Assembly (NCBI RefSeq): GCF_009914755.1
Contig: NC_060930.1
Reading direction: 5' to 3' (one strand)
Length of the DNA: 64,000 nucleotides
From: the human T2T-CHM13v2.0 reference genome, Homo sapiens
A program made the position numbers and the translations under genes. Shown in pieces: positions 15,570 to 33,172 of this stretch; position 1 is the first letter of the stretch, and each line of letters begins with the position of its first letter. The notes beneath the pieces are model-generated. The model was not told where the DNA came from, did not search any database, and saw only the letters and a program-made list of their open reading frames with translations.

Positions 15570-15874
15570 CTTTTTTTTTTTTTTTTTTTTTTTGAGATGG
15601 AGTCTCGCTCTGTTGCCCAGGCTGGAGTGCAGTGGCGCTATCTTGGATCACTGCAAGCTCCGCCTCACAGGTTCATGCCATTCTTCTGCCTCAGCCTCCT
15701 GAGTAGTTAGGACTACAGGCGCCCGCCACCACGCCTGGCCAATTTTTTGTATTTTTAGTAGAGACAGGGTTTCACCATGTTAGCCAGGATGGTTTCCATC
15801 TCCTGACCTCGTGATCCGCCTGCCTCTGCCTCCCAAAGTGCTGGAATTACAGGCATGAGCCATAGCGCCCGGCC
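15570..15874 (-). mobile_element. AluY
   Basis: ctgcaagctccgcc and gttagccaggatgg diagnostics, TSD aacacacattct. Confidence 0.93.
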
Positions 15875-16052
15875 AACACACATTCTTAACATATTAGGAA
15901 GACACCAATGGCACTACTAACAGTCTACTAATTGGTTAGACATAGATGTTGCCCTTTTGCTTCAGGCATTCCATAGATCATGCTTGCTCAGTGGAACAGT
16001 GGACTTTACAACTATCTCATAAAGTTTTGACAATATAATCCTCACCTTTTAG

Positions 16053-16126
16053 TGCAGAGAAATGATACCAGCATTCCGAACTTTCCTGAAGAGGCATGAT
16101 AAGACCATTGTTACCAAAATGCTGAG
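16053..16126 (+). CDS. ECT2L: ECT2L DH exon ([24 protein letters not shown])
   Basis: ccttttag acceptor, GAG|gtacgt donor, 74 nt, phase 0/2. Confidence 0.95.
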
Positions 16127-16220
16127 GTACGTTCTGAGGGAGAGCACAGCAGGGGTCCCCCCAGAGAGGGCATTCCTGGGCCTTCAGAGACCAGAGCTCC
16201 CTTCTCTATGCCTCATACAG

Positions 16221-16377
16221 CCTGCCAGAGCTGCTGCTGTACCCATCCCGAAGATTTGAAGAATACCTTAATCTTCTCTACGCTGTCAGGCTTCATACCC
16301 CTGCAGAGCATGTTGACCGTGGGGACTTGACCACTGCAATTGACCAAATCAAAAAATATAAAGGTTATATAGATCAG
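16221..16377 (+). CDS. ECT2L: ECT2L DH exon ([19 protein letters not shown]...KGYIDQ)
   Basis: catacag acceptor after a 94-nt intron, CAG|gttggt donor, 157 nt, phase 2/0; CR3-like segment. Confidence 0.95.
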
Positions 16378-16954
16378 GTTGGTTGCTGATAAGAATCTGT
16401 GTCCTTTAAACATGTTACAATGCCTTTGTGGTACTCCCACTCAAAGATCCTGAGACACCTTATCTTCTTGTGGGGTTCTTCGCTTTAAAGTCTTTCATCC
16501 TTTTAATGCTAAATCAATAGTGTGTTCCGTGATTTCCAACACTAAGGGCATCTATTCTAAGCCAAGCAACATGAGACAATGTTTTCAGATATTTGTACAA
16601 ATATAATGAAATTTTTATGAAAGTTTGAAGAATGAAGTATTTGGACTGATTTTTTACACAACTAAAAGGCAAAAAAAAAAGTAAAATCCTTTGTTTCTGA
16701 AAGTACTTTCAATGCATTAATTAGCTTTCCTGCCTCAGTGAGTACAATGGTCATAATTATTCTCTGAAGAAGTAATTAAGCACCTTGGAGTACAGTACTA
16801 TCATTCTGAAAATATTATTATTATATTGTGCATACTGTAAACAGGCATCTGGGCTGAATGTAAACTGCTAACACATTTTTCCATGCAGATACTTTTTTGC
16901 ATTCAGTTTTGTCACTTGCCTTTGTTTTAAAACATTGGGTACAGAAAATTGAAA

Positions 16955-17264
16955 TTTTTTTTTTCTTTTTTGAGACAGGGTCTGGCTCTGTCACCAAGGC
17001 TTGAGTGTAGTGGTGTGATCTCGGCTCACTGCAACCTCTGCCTCCCTGATTCAAGCAATCCTCCCACCTCAGCCTCTTGAGTAGCTGGGACCACAGGCAG
17101 GCGCCACCATGCTTGGCTCTTTTTTTGGCTTTTTTAAAATGTGTGTAGAGATGAGGTTTCACCACTTTGCCCAGGCTGGTCTTGAACTCCTGAGCTCAAG
17201 CCATCAGCCCACCTCAGCCTCCCAAATTGCTGGGATTACAGACGAAAGTCACTACACCCGGCCC
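16955..17264 (-). mobile_element. Alu (J-type)
   Basis: Antisense dimer. Confidence 0.92.
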
Positions 17265-17402
17265 AGAAATTTGAAACTTTCTATTATAACATATGAAAAT
17301 ACCAAGCCCTGTATCAAGTGCCATAAAATATTTTAATCTATTTCTTTTATGAATAAAAATGTCACAATTTTAGTTTGCCTAAAAGTACTTTTTTTCCCCT
17401 AG

Positions 17403-17468
17403 ATGAAGCAAAACATCACTATGAAGGATCATCTGTCAGATATACAGAGAATCATCTGGGGATGCCCT
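17403..17468 (+). CDS. ECT2L: ECT2L exon ([22 protein letters not shown])
   Basis: ttcccctag acceptor, CCT|gtatgt donor, 66 nt, phase 0/0. Confidence 0.93.
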
Positions 17469-17679
17469 GTATGTATTCTTAGGAACTTGCTGTATCTCAT
17501 GCTCATGAATACAACCTCCAGTCTTTTGCAAAAGGAGACCTACAGATCCCAAGGCAGCTAGTATTTGTGGAATGCCTGCTACGTGCCAGGCACTGCCATG
17601 CTCTCCCATTTCACATCCTTGTTACCTGCAAGGTTGCTCTATAAGAAGGGGCACAAGTGAGCTTGCCCCTATCCCATAA

Positions 17680-18074
<395 letters not shown>

Positions 18075-18805
18075 ATGTTCTACTTGTTTTCTATCTCCCT
18101 GCATATGATACCTGGTGCAGGATTCTGCACCCTGATGGTATCTGAAAAAGCTTTAGAAGGCCTGTGTTAGCGACATGTTAACCTATAGAATTTCATCTGG
18201 CCCCACCCTCCCTTATCTCTTACAGTTTTCCTGACTTCCTTATAATCATACCACACAGATCCACTCACGATTCTCTAATGTTAACCTCTTTTCACACATT
18301 TGTGCTTTGTGCATACTCTTTCTTCTCTGAAATTGCTTTTCTTTCCTATTTCACTGGATAAACCCCTATTCATTCTATAAAAATCTAGTTCAATCATCAT
18401 ATCCTTTGCAAAGTTTCCCCCAGCATTTCCAGCTGTCAGCGGCTTCTTTGTAGGGATTTTGCATCCTGAACATTCCTGTTACATTTTACTGCAATCCTTT
18501 ATTCATGAAACTGGGAGCTCCATCATGTGTGAGCTATGATTTACTTGCCTTCTCATGTCTGGCACATAAGAGGAGCTCAGGATGTGAGTTACGTTGAATT
18601 AAAGTATCAATTGATTAGAAATGTTATTTTTATTTAGTCAAATTGGGGAAGCAAGATGAAGTTGTTTTGTCATAATTTTGGTCTGGACATTTTGTAGGGA
18701 AAGATAATTGAGGTTGATTGGTTTGCAAAGATCCAAATTCTTGAAACTCAGAGTCTACAAAACTCTCTCTGGATCACTGTTCACACCAAGAGCTCATCCC
18801 CATGA

Positions 18806-19176
<371 letters not shown>

Positions 19177-19492
19177 TAATAGCTACCTTCTTATCCCCCA
19201 ACCCCCAACTTTGTTTTTGATATTAGGAAAGCACTTACAAATAAAACTATCATGTCAGCAGTTTTAAAACTTTGACAAAGATTACTTTTTTCCCCTTAAA
19301 TATAGTTTTCTTTGTCAATACTGTGGTCTTTCTAAGAAAACCTGTTTCATAAACAGTGAAAATATTCACTTTTTCATACTTGAACTGTGTTTTAGTTAAC
19401 ATTTGCATATTCTGAGATATAAAATGGTTTGCAGTAGTAATTTTATTTAAAAAAATTTATATGTACTTCTAATTTTGTTTTTGATTTTACAG

Positions 19493-19581
19493 ACTCTATC
19501 AGAAGTAAACAGATATCTGATTAGGGTACAAGATGTAGCCCAACTTCATTGCTGTGATGAAGAAATAAGTTTCTCTTTAAG
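19493..19581 (+). CDS. ECT2L: ECT2L exon, PH start ([30 protein letters not shown])
   Basis: ttttacag acceptor, AAG|gtaaac donor, 89 nt, phase 0/2. Confidence 0.94.
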
Positions 19582-19863
19582 GTAAACAATAGTTAACTAT
19601 CCTAAGGCTGTGGACACCTTCCAAGCAGGTGACTGTCTTACTCATCCTGTAGCTCCAGCATTCAGTACAATGTCTGACACAGTAGGTTTGAAATGAATCT
19701 ATGCATTGGACTGAAAAGTTACAGAGGACTCCCTCTGAGATAGTGTAGGGTATTTTATCACCATGTTCACATTCCAGCCAGCTACTGGATAGAATGGGAG
19801 AAATAAATTGTCCCTGCCAGGACCACAAACTCCACATAAGCAGGCATTCTAAAGGTTGGTCAC

Positions 19864-20169
19864 TTTTCTTTTTTCTTTTTCTTTTTTTTTTTGAGATGGA
19901 GTCTCACTCACTGCCGCCCAGGCTGGAGTGCAGTGGCGCAATCTCGGCTCACAGCAACCTCCGCCTCCAAGCTATTCTCCTGCGTCAGCCTTCCAAGTAG
20001 CTGAGATTACAGGCACCCGCCACCATGCCCAGCTAATTTTTGTATTTTTAGTAGTGATGGGGTTTCACCATGTTGGCCAGGTTGGTCTCAAACTCTTGAT
20101 CTCCAGTGGTCCACCTGCCTTGGCCTCCCAAAATGCTGGGATTACAGGCATGAGCCACTGCACCCGGCC
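19864..20169 (-). mobile_element. Alu (S-type)
   Basis: Antisense dimer, TSD cacttttct. Confidence 0.93.
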
Positions 20170-20394
20170 ACTTTTCTACTTAGCTAAGCTCCAAGTGTTG
20201 TGGGATTTTCACACCAATGATCTGCTCAAATGTAAGAAAGAGAGGACCAATTTATTATCCTCAGATAGTTATTGAGGTCAGTTTTTAAAAAGACCTTACA
20301 GTATTTAGTTTGCACAATGCTCAGAGTAGTGTAAGAAAAAAAAGATGGAAGGATGCTAATTTTTATAAATTAGTATCCCCTTTACTCCTTTAGA

Positions 20395-20650
20395 ACAAGG
20401 ATGGGCAAACTTTTCTGTAAAGGTTCACATAGTAAATATTTCAGATTTTGCTGGCCAAATGATATCTGTGGCAACTACCCAACTTTGCTATTGTAAAACA
20501 AAAGCAGCTCTATCAATGACACAACACATAACAAGTAATACACTATTCATAAACAGTACAAGATATAAATGAACAAACATGACTATGTTCCAATTAAACT
20601 TCATTTACAAGAACAGGTGTGGGCCATAGTGTGGTGATATCTGCTTTAGA
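20395..20650. mobile_element. MER58-like hAT element
   Basis: ggcaaacttttctgtaaagg...atagtaaatattt start. Confidence 0.75.
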
Positions 20651-21199
20651 AAACTGTTCATCAAACTATGAATAAAATAGAAATAAAATAAATAACAAAA
20701 TAATTAATAGAATCAAATAAAATTCTATTCTCAAACATTCTTCCTTTCTTTACATAAGTTTGATTTTCAGTATTAATGACAAAGAGTGATTCAGCAAACA
20801 GCAACCAAAGGGAGGGGAATTAACTCCTTTAATTTGTTCAACTCCAATAAATGTAATAAAAATTGATTTGTTATTTCAATGAATATTTCAACAAATGTTC
20901 CTCAAAGGCACAGGGTAGCAGGGTAGGTGGAAGAAATCAGTCCCCTCACCTCCATCCTTACCTAGACTAGATCTTAAATGAAAATCAAATCACACAATAT
21001 GTCACTTTTCTCATTGTCATGACATTTTTGTTTTCTTTGATCTTTTTTTTTTTTTTTTTTGGTCAGTAGCAATAGAAAACAGCTACAATGATGGAAAGAA
21101 ACTAGCTACCAAACCAGCAATTCTAAACACACTGGTTTGGTAGAAGACATTCTATGATGATTCCAGTTTTTGATTATTAGATTATTCTACATTCATGTA

Positions 21200-24898
<3,699 letters not shown>

Positions 24899-25071
24899 TA
24901 CAACTTCCAAGCTCTTTACATGTGGACTGGAAGCTGGAGGTCTAATTATCAGAAATTAGACTTTGGTCTACAGTACTTGGACAAATGAAAATACTTTGAA
25001 GATTTAGGATAATCCAAAATCATTTTATGCTCTAATTGTGAGGTACATTTATATTTAAATAGGCACTACTC

Positions 25072-25449
25072 TGAGCTATGAGGTATGAGGTATGAAAAAT
25101 TTACCAGGCCCAGAGACATGAGTATGGGACTTCAGTCACACCTCCCCATCCATGCTTGCCTAGGGCAATTGTTCCTGGGCTGCCTCACCCATTATCTTCA
25201 CATACTGGAAATTGTAGACAAAGAACAATTATGGTCAATCAATAGCTTGTGCTATTTTAGTATAAAATCTTGGTAACTCTGGAACTGCCTCTTCTTTTTC
25301 TTTAAAAATCCACTTGTAAATGCTACTAATTGGGGTGTATATTCCTGGTAACTGAATCTATGCTCCAGGGTTGCAGTCCCCAAGCTTAGCCCAAATAAAC
25401 TCTACTTATATTGATTTTGCCTCAGCTTCTTCCTTTTAGGTCAACGACA
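25072..25449 (+). mobile_element. Solo LTR (LTR47-like; family uncertain)
   Basis: TATAAAA-like box, aataaactctacttatatt...ttaggtcaac end. Confidence 0.6.
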
Positions 25450-25521
25450 CTGTCTCAGTGATTACATTTATATTATTTGCTAATAAATTTAAATGTAATT
25501 TCAAATTAATATTTGAAATTG

Positions 25522-25652
25522 ACTGGGTGTGGTGGCTCATTCCCGTAATCCCAGCACTTTGGGAAGCTGAGGTGGGAGGATCACTTGAGGCCAGGAGTTC
25601 TAGACCAGCCTAGGCAACATAGTTGGACCCCGTCTCTACAGGGGAAAAAAAA
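25522..25652 (+). mobile_element. Alu left monomer (FLAM)
   Basis: Single arm with A tail. Confidence 0.85.
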
Positions 25653-26119
25653 ACGTTTTGAAATTAGGTAAATGCAAAAAGATATCACACAATACTTAGC
25701 CTGCAACCTTGTTTTCCGTCATTTTAGAAAATCACATAAAACCCAAGGAATGCCATCCCCATGATTTCTACCAGGAATTTTTACTTAGAGGAAACATACT
25801 CTGCTTGTATTTATACATACAGTACCAACTCATATAAGGCTTTACTCTTTACCATATATGTTAGCTTCTCTCATTTGATAGATTTAATTACAATTACCTG
25901 ATGAGGCAGGTAGGACAGGAACCACGTTATGGGTGGGCAATCTGGCTTAAGTTGCCTAAAGTCATAGAATAAGTGCTGGTCTGGAATTTAGAACCAGGTC
26001 TCCCAGTGCACAGGCAGTGCCGTTTCCAGTGATTGGACCAGAAGGTAGAAAGGTGAACCAAGCCTTCCTCATAATAATCTCACTAACATAGTAACAATTA
26101 CTAAACATATATATATATA

Positions 26120-26774
26120 TTTTTCTTTTTCTGAGACAGAGTCTCGTTCTGTTGCCCAGGCTGGAGTGCAGTGGTGTGATCTCGGCTCACTGCAACCTCT
26201 GCCTCCGGGGTTCAAGCGATTCTCATGCCTCAGCCTCCCAAAAAAGCTTGAAGTACAGGGGCGTGCCACCACTCCCAGCTAATTTTTTTGTATTTTTAGT
26301 AGAGATGGGTTTCACCATGTTGGCCAGGCTCATCTTGAACTCCTGGCCTCAAGTGATCCACCCATCCTGGCCATGTGTGAGCCACTGCACCTGGCCACAA
26401 ATAACAAACAATAACTATGACACAAAAAGAACGAGTAAGTGTTTGCATCCTAAATGAAATTTAAAATAGAGATGAAGTCACACAGTTATTTTAAGAGCTG
26501 GGAAATTCAGAGGGCAATTTGTTCCTCTGAGGACATGGACCATTATTTTGGGTATGTTAAGCTTTTAGAATATATTTTGTACCTTGGAACTTCTGTATTA
26601 TCGTTTTTTTCATAAACACTGATTTTCATTGCTGAATTTTTTTTTTTTTTTCCTTAATGAGATGGGGTCTTCCCATGCTGGCCAGGCTGGTCTTGAATTC
26701 CTTAGCTCAGATGATCCTCCCAACTCGGCCTCCCAAAGTACTGGGATTACAGGCGTGAGCCACTGCACGTGGCC
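26120..26774 (-). mobile_element. Antisense Alu (26120-26396) and Alu left monomer (26636-26774)
   Basis: Alu consensus matches. Confidence 0.88.
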
Positions 26775-26894
26775 AAAGCTTACTGATTTTTAAGCATGCT
26801 TTTTTTCTTCCAATGGAGTCTTGCCAAAGGTCTATTCACCAGTGCAGGACTGGTGAATAGAGGCCTGGCCTTGTTCATCAAATAGAGCCATCCA

Positions 26895-27155
26895 CTTCCC
26901 AGGCCAATTTTCCTTGGGGAAATATCCTATTATACTGCCAAAAAGATACACTGTAAACTTTCCTCTTAGCTTTCCCCAAAGGGATCTACAGTCACTTAGC
27001 AGGGTAACTATGCAACAGAGAAAATGTACCCAGGCTTCTCAAGGATACTAGACTTTGGTCCAGAATTGACTCATTTTGGGGACCCCAAACGCCACTGTGA
27101 TCCACCAGGCTAGGTGATAATCAGTTTTGACTCAGGTCAGCTCACAGTGGTGCTG
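26895..27155 (+). mobile_element. ERVL internal (gag-pro) fragment
   Basis: atactagactttggtccagaattgactcattttggggaccccaaacgccactgtg resembles the ERVL protease region LLDTGSELTLIPGDPK..HCGPP. Confidence 0.65.
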
Positions 27156-27198
27156 ATGACCTGCTGTTGTCCATGTACTGAAACTCTCCATGTACTGA

Positions 27199-27489
<291 letters not shown>

Positions 27490-27809
27490 TAAAACTTTCT
27501 TTTAAAGTTTTATGTATTTATACAAGTTGGGTACTTCCTGCCTTTCTCTGTGTCTCTTGTGCTGGCTAATACAGTAGTTTAACAACAATAACAAAACACT
27601 TCTAGAATGGAGTTAAGAATGTACATTATAGTAGCTGTGTTCCATTTTGCTGAATCACTGAATCTATCTGTAAATAAGCAAAGAAACTCTATTCAAGTTC
27701 AGAACAAAACCCACCATTGGAGTTGGTTCTGAGTGTGAGCAGAGGCAGATTTCTGAAACACTAGGAGCCACTGCAGCTGCTCCATTATGTCAATACTAAA
27801 GATGAAATT

Positions 27810-28066
27810 ACAGCCATATCTGCAGGCCCCACACCCATGGGTTCAACTGAGGATGGAAAACATTAAAAAATAAATAAATACAATTAAAAAAACAAATAAA
27901 AACCTCATACAGTATAAGTATTCACATAGTGTTTACATTGTATTAGATATCATAAGTAACCTAGAGAGAATATGCAGATTATATGCAAATACCAAGCATC
28001 CTCAGATTTTGGTTTTCGCAGGAGGTCCTGGAACACATTCCCCATGGATATCAAGGGATGACTGTA
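27810..28066. mobile_element. MER2 (Tigger family) fragment
   Basis: ggtcctggaac...ggatatcaagggatgactgta terminus. Confidence 0.75.
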
Positions 28067-29084
28067 TCTGCTTTTGCGTATTTAGTTTAACCGTATTTAC
28101 GGTTAAACTTTTAGAGTTTTTGGTGTTTGGTCTGTGGATAAACATTGTTGGAGATCTTGAGGGGCTTAATTTAGTAAATGGCTTTTGAAAAGTTTTTCTA
28201 GATAAAAATTATATATAAAATAGCCCTCTCAGAATCAGACTGAAATAATAACCTCATTGTGTGTTTCTTTCCCTCACTCATGTCCTTGGATTACGAAAGG
28301 CTCAATTCTAAGCTCAAGTTAGTGTGGCTGCTCCATCCCTTCCCTGGGCCAACCATCCACCTGGTCCAAGTGGGTCACAAAACTGGAATTCTCTTTCATT
28401 CACCTCTAATATCGGCATTGTCCCTTCCAAAGGAAAAAACTGAACATCAATTTACCAAAGCAAGTACCTCTTTGAATGCTGCTTCTTCAAAGCACTCTGT
28501 TGGCATATTTCCTGATAATTCGGATACAGCAGTTTTATTACAGATTTAAACAGTTTCTAAACTTCTATGATAGGAGAAATAATTGTTCTTATCATGGATA
28601 TGGTAAAAAAAAAAAAATTGCTCCCCTTCTCCCCCAAAAAAGCAAGACCATGGTAGAATTCTTTTGCCTATTCAAAATGGCTACTCACCACAGACTGCCC
28701 ATCACAGACTTAAAATGCACCTCCTGCCTTTCTTGCTTCCTCTCTCCCTCATCCTTAGTTCTATTCATTCCTTTATTCTCAGAATAACCTATTGACTTGA
28801 TCTAGAAATATTTTTTGCAAGGTATCAGTAAATGTGAAGCACCCCACTCCTTCCAGCCTAAATCATAACCAAAGACAAGAAGAAAATGTTTGAAAGAAAG
28901 AGCTAGCTCTAGTGGCTGGGTGACCACTATGTTTCCATTGACCCACACACCTAAAACAACTCCTACTTCCTAACGCTGTCCAAGTAGCTGAACCTGAAAC
29001 ATGGTACTCTTGGACATTTTTAAACTACCTGGTCCAGTCCTTTGCCCAGTTCTTAGGCATAGCTGTAACTAATAAATGACTGAA

Positions 29085-29235
29085 GTGCCTTGCTCCTTGA
29101 AGTGTGGCCTGCAGATCTGTGGACTCAGCATCACCAGAGAGCTTGCCAGAAATGCAGAATTCTCAGGCCACCCTAGCTCTACTCAATCAGAATTTGCATT
29201 TTAACAAAATCACCAGGTAAATCAGAAGCAAATTA
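29085..29235. mobile_element. MER5A-like hAT element
   Basis: agaaatgcagaattctcaggcc...aatcagaatttgcattttaacaa. Confidence 0.8.
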
Positions 29236-29323
29236 AAGCCATTACCATATAAAGTGAGTTATAAATATGAATTATAGCAGCTTTTATGAAGAACAACCTG
29301 GAGGTCTTTGATAAAAATATACA

Positions 29324-29580
29324 CAGCAGTCCCCCCTTATCCATGAGAATACCTTTCAAGACCCCCAGTAGATGGCTGAAACCTCAGAGTACTGAGCCCT
29401 ATAACATCACGTTTTTTGATATACATACATACTTATGATAAAGTTTAGTTTAAAAATTAGGTACCATAAGAGATTAACAATATTTAATAAAATAGAACAA
29501 TTATAATGACATAAAGTGGTAACAGTTATGTAAAGGTTTATCTGAAGAAAGGGAAACCATAAATAAGGGGGGACTATTGT
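29324..29580. mobile_element. MER44-like (Tigger7) element
   Basis: Terminal inverted repeats cagcagtccccccttat / ataaggggggactattg. Confidence 0.8.
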
Positions 29581-30798
29581 GTAGCCTTTGACCAATCCGT
29601 CCTACTCTCAGGAATTGTATCTGACAGAAGAACAAATATTAGGACTTTGTTTCTATGTAAGAAATCGTTTGTTGCAACATTCACAGTGGCAATACAGAAA
29701 AAAAAAAATGAAGTAAGAGAGAGAGGGAGGGAAAAAAAGGAGGGGACCCAAGCCTCTAAACAAAGCAAATGTCCATCAAAGGAGAACACCCATCAATAGC
29801 AGAAGAGTTGAATAAATGATGGTGCACCCACACCATGAAGTACTAGTCATTAAAAAGAAGGAATAAAAGTCCTATCCATTAACTTGAAGTGATTTCCATT
29901 GCTGATTGAGAAAAGCAAGAAAAGAGTAGGGAAAATCTTAGCATTTTTGTAAGATAATGGCAATAACCTTTCCTGTACATAGATTGTGTGTGTGTGTGTG
30001 TGTGTACCTGAGCAAGTATAAAACAGTGGAAGGATACGTACTAGGTTGATAACTTGGGTGACCTGAGTGAAGACAGGGGTGAGGCTGTGCTATGTGGAAA
30101 AGTAGAGGGGAAAGAGGTACACTAAATAAAAGCCAATAGCAGGGATTGATGTCACTTAAGCGTTTTGTAACACTTTATGTTCCGACAATTTAAAAATTGA
30201 ACAAAAATGGTGAAGAAAAATAAGAGACCTGAACAAGCATAAATATATGGACTCTTCATTGGAGTAACTTCCTGAGGGTTGCTTGATGCTTCTGGAAGGA
30301 AAACAATTATGCTCTATTAAAACATTTAGTTTGCTTCACTTAGCCACCCCTGGTGGGGAGGGGGAATTGGGGAGTGGGAGGGTGGGGTGGGGTTCCCCAA
30401 GCTCCTCCCAGGCTATCACCACTCACTGCTCGGCTAGAACACTCCCACAGGACAAATAACCCACACTAGAGCACAGTGAGGCCTGCCCAACACAGCAATC
30501 TCGCTCCAATGACAGAAAAGCAAAGAGGATAACAGATGGGAGGTTGAGGACACCAAATTTTGCCCCTTGATAAATATGCCTACAGTTGACCATGGTAGCA
30601 ACCTCAGCAAAAACAAAGAACTATTTAATTTTTACCTTTCAAACTGATGAACTATATTAGGTTATCTACTGCTTTCCAATCAAAAGTAAAAATGTTTATA
30701 TTTACTTCTACATAGTTAAATGCTTTTTTCTCCTATTAATACACCTCATGCCACATCAGTTCTTATTCTTGTGTTTCTCTCTACCCCAACTTATTATC

Positions 30799-31089
30799 TT
30801 TTTTTTTTTGAGGCGGAGTCTCGCCCTGTCACCCAGGCTGGAGTGCAGTGGCGCAATCTCAACTCATTCCAATCTCTGACTCCCAGGTTCAAGTGATTCT
30901 CCTGCCTCAGCCTCCCAAGTAGGTGGGACTACAGGCATGTGCCACCATGCATGGCTAATTTTTGTATTTTTAGTAGAGACGGGGTTTCACTATGTTGGCC
31001 AGGCTGGTTTTGGAACTCCTGACCTCATAATCAGCCTGCCTTGGCCTCCAAAGTGCTAGGATTACAGGCGTGAGCCACCGCGCCCAGCC
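30799..31089 (-). mobile_element. Alu (S-type)
   Basis: Antisense dimer. Confidence 0.93.
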
Positions 31090-31492
31090 TTGTTATCCTT
31101 AAAGGTGAAACAAAACAAAGACTTATTTTCTTCAGATTGCCCAAATACATCAAAGTACCTAACAACACAGATACAAAGTAATTCATTTCATAAAGAAGGG
31201 AAAGTCAGTGTTCATTTTTCCCGCAAGGATTATCAAATACTTGTCCCATGGACAAACTCAAAGCACTCCACCAGGAGCCCTGATGGCCCACAGTACTGAC
31301 CTGACCTCAGAGACACAGGAGGGGCGAATCACATCAGGAGGAATATTATACTGAGAACTTCAACCAGCCATTCAAAATGTCAGTAGTGGGGTAAAAGCCT
31401 TGACTAGTGACTTATCAATTTCAAGATGCTTAACTATGTAACAAAGCATGTATGTTATGTATTAAAACTGTACCTTCTCCATTTTAACACAG

Positions 31493-31665
31493 GCTCTATG
31501 AACACATCCATGATCTCAGCCTTTTCCTCTTCAATGATGCCCTGCTCGTTTCTAGTCGGGGCACATCTCACACTCCATTTGAGAGGACTTCAAAAACAAC
31601 CTACCAGTTCATTGCATCAGTGGCCCTTCATCGGTTACTCATAGAAAATATTCCAGATTCCAAGT
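31493..31665 (+). CDS. ECT2L: ECT2L PH exon ([20 protein letters not shown]...ENIPDSK)
   Basis: aacacag acceptor, AGT|gtatgt donor, 173 nt, phase 2/1; FLFND motif typical of DH-associated PH domains. Confidence 0.95.
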
Positions 31666-33044
31666 GTATGTATTCTTTTCCTTCCAAGAGACAGATACCT
31701 TCAAAAAGCTATATAATGTAAAGCTCTTTAACAGAACAGTAGAAAAAGGACTGGAATTATAATTTACCAGGTTGCAAACAATTCCCCCAATATTAGAATT
31801 TCATTAAACAATGTAAACTTTCATCTACTTTTGAAATGGTTAAAGACAGGGCTTCTGGCATTCAGACATGAACCTTAGACATTAGGAAAACAGCTTTCAA
31901 AAATCACAAAGGGAGGCAAGGCCCCTATTTCCGTTCTTTGAAGCAGTGACATGAGAGCTGGAGCTCTCAACCACTATTCTATACTGTCTGAAGATGCCAC
32001 AGTCTTAAAGCATATTTTAAATTTTTATCTATTACTTTCCCATTCTACTAGGACTAAGTGATTATTACATATTTGACACTACCTTTCCTTCCTTAAGTTT
32101 GCATCTAAGCTAGGAGTTGTTAAATAAAGGAATCAACAGATATGCAAAGGATGCTTGGTAAATTATTCACACACAGTAATTCCAATAGAAATATCATTTT
32201 GTCACGAAAACGAAATGCTACTTAAACCCACTATACATATTTTGTTATTATCCTATACTTTACTTCCCAAGCTTAAAAGGATCTGTATCTTATTCCTATA
32301 TCTGTTAGGCCAGGCAATCTGAATGTAACATCTCTCATTCCAATGTTTTTCACTGCATGTAAAGACAGGACTTTGGTTAAAGTTGGAACCCAAGACCTTA
32401 CAGAAGTACCAAACTAAATAAAAGGGCTATTTCCCAGTGGCTTTAGCCCCATTCTAAATCTGAGCCTGAGAAAAGAATGAGTATTTCCACCTAGAATACA
32501 AACTCAGGTTAAAAAGGCTTAATTAACTATCATCACTGGGTATGGTTAGTGTATGAAACATGTCTCCTTCAGTTCCCCTCCCACCATGACAATCAGCTGT
32601 GACCTATGTCAAAACATTGTTAAGTAACCTAATAGACAGTGGGCATTCAGCTAAGTAGCTGGCTTGATTCTGTCACTGGCTCTCATACTGAGGTCGTCTA
32701 GGTCTAGCTCTTAGCATCTTTATTTATAATAACTATCAGTAAAGACTGTTACTGATTCCAGTTCCTTCTGGAGTGATTGAGACAAGGAATTAAAAAACAT
32801 CACATCATCTATCCGTTAGTCTTTAAAATAATTGCTAATTACAATAACTGTAATATAAAGACATCATTTTACACTGCATGTGAATTATTCAGTAATTTTA
32901 GGAAGTTATATTCTACACTGAATATGTATTTCTTTTTAGGTTTTAAAAAATTCTTAAAGATGATGATTTTTGAGTATTAACATTTTTTCTCATTTTGATT
33001 GTTATCTGCAAAGATTAATTAGTATACCTCAAATGCTTTTACAG

Positions 33045-33172
33045 ATGTCAAGAATGCATTTATTCTTCAGGGTCCAAAATATAAATGGATTTGTGCTACA
33101 GAAATAGAGGATGATAAGTTCCTATGGCTGTCAGTACTTCGAAATGCAATCAAAAGCAGTATGGAGAAGTGA
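33045..33172 (+). CDS. ECT2L: ECT2L last coding exon ([42 protein letters not shown])
   Basis: ttttacag acceptor, phase 1, TGA 33170-33172; PH C-terminal helix Trp. Confidence 0.96.

Noticed and set aside
30343-30356. CTCF-like CCACCAGGGGTGGC on -
   Set aside because: Two mismatches at the key GGC positions; weaker than the site at 36290.
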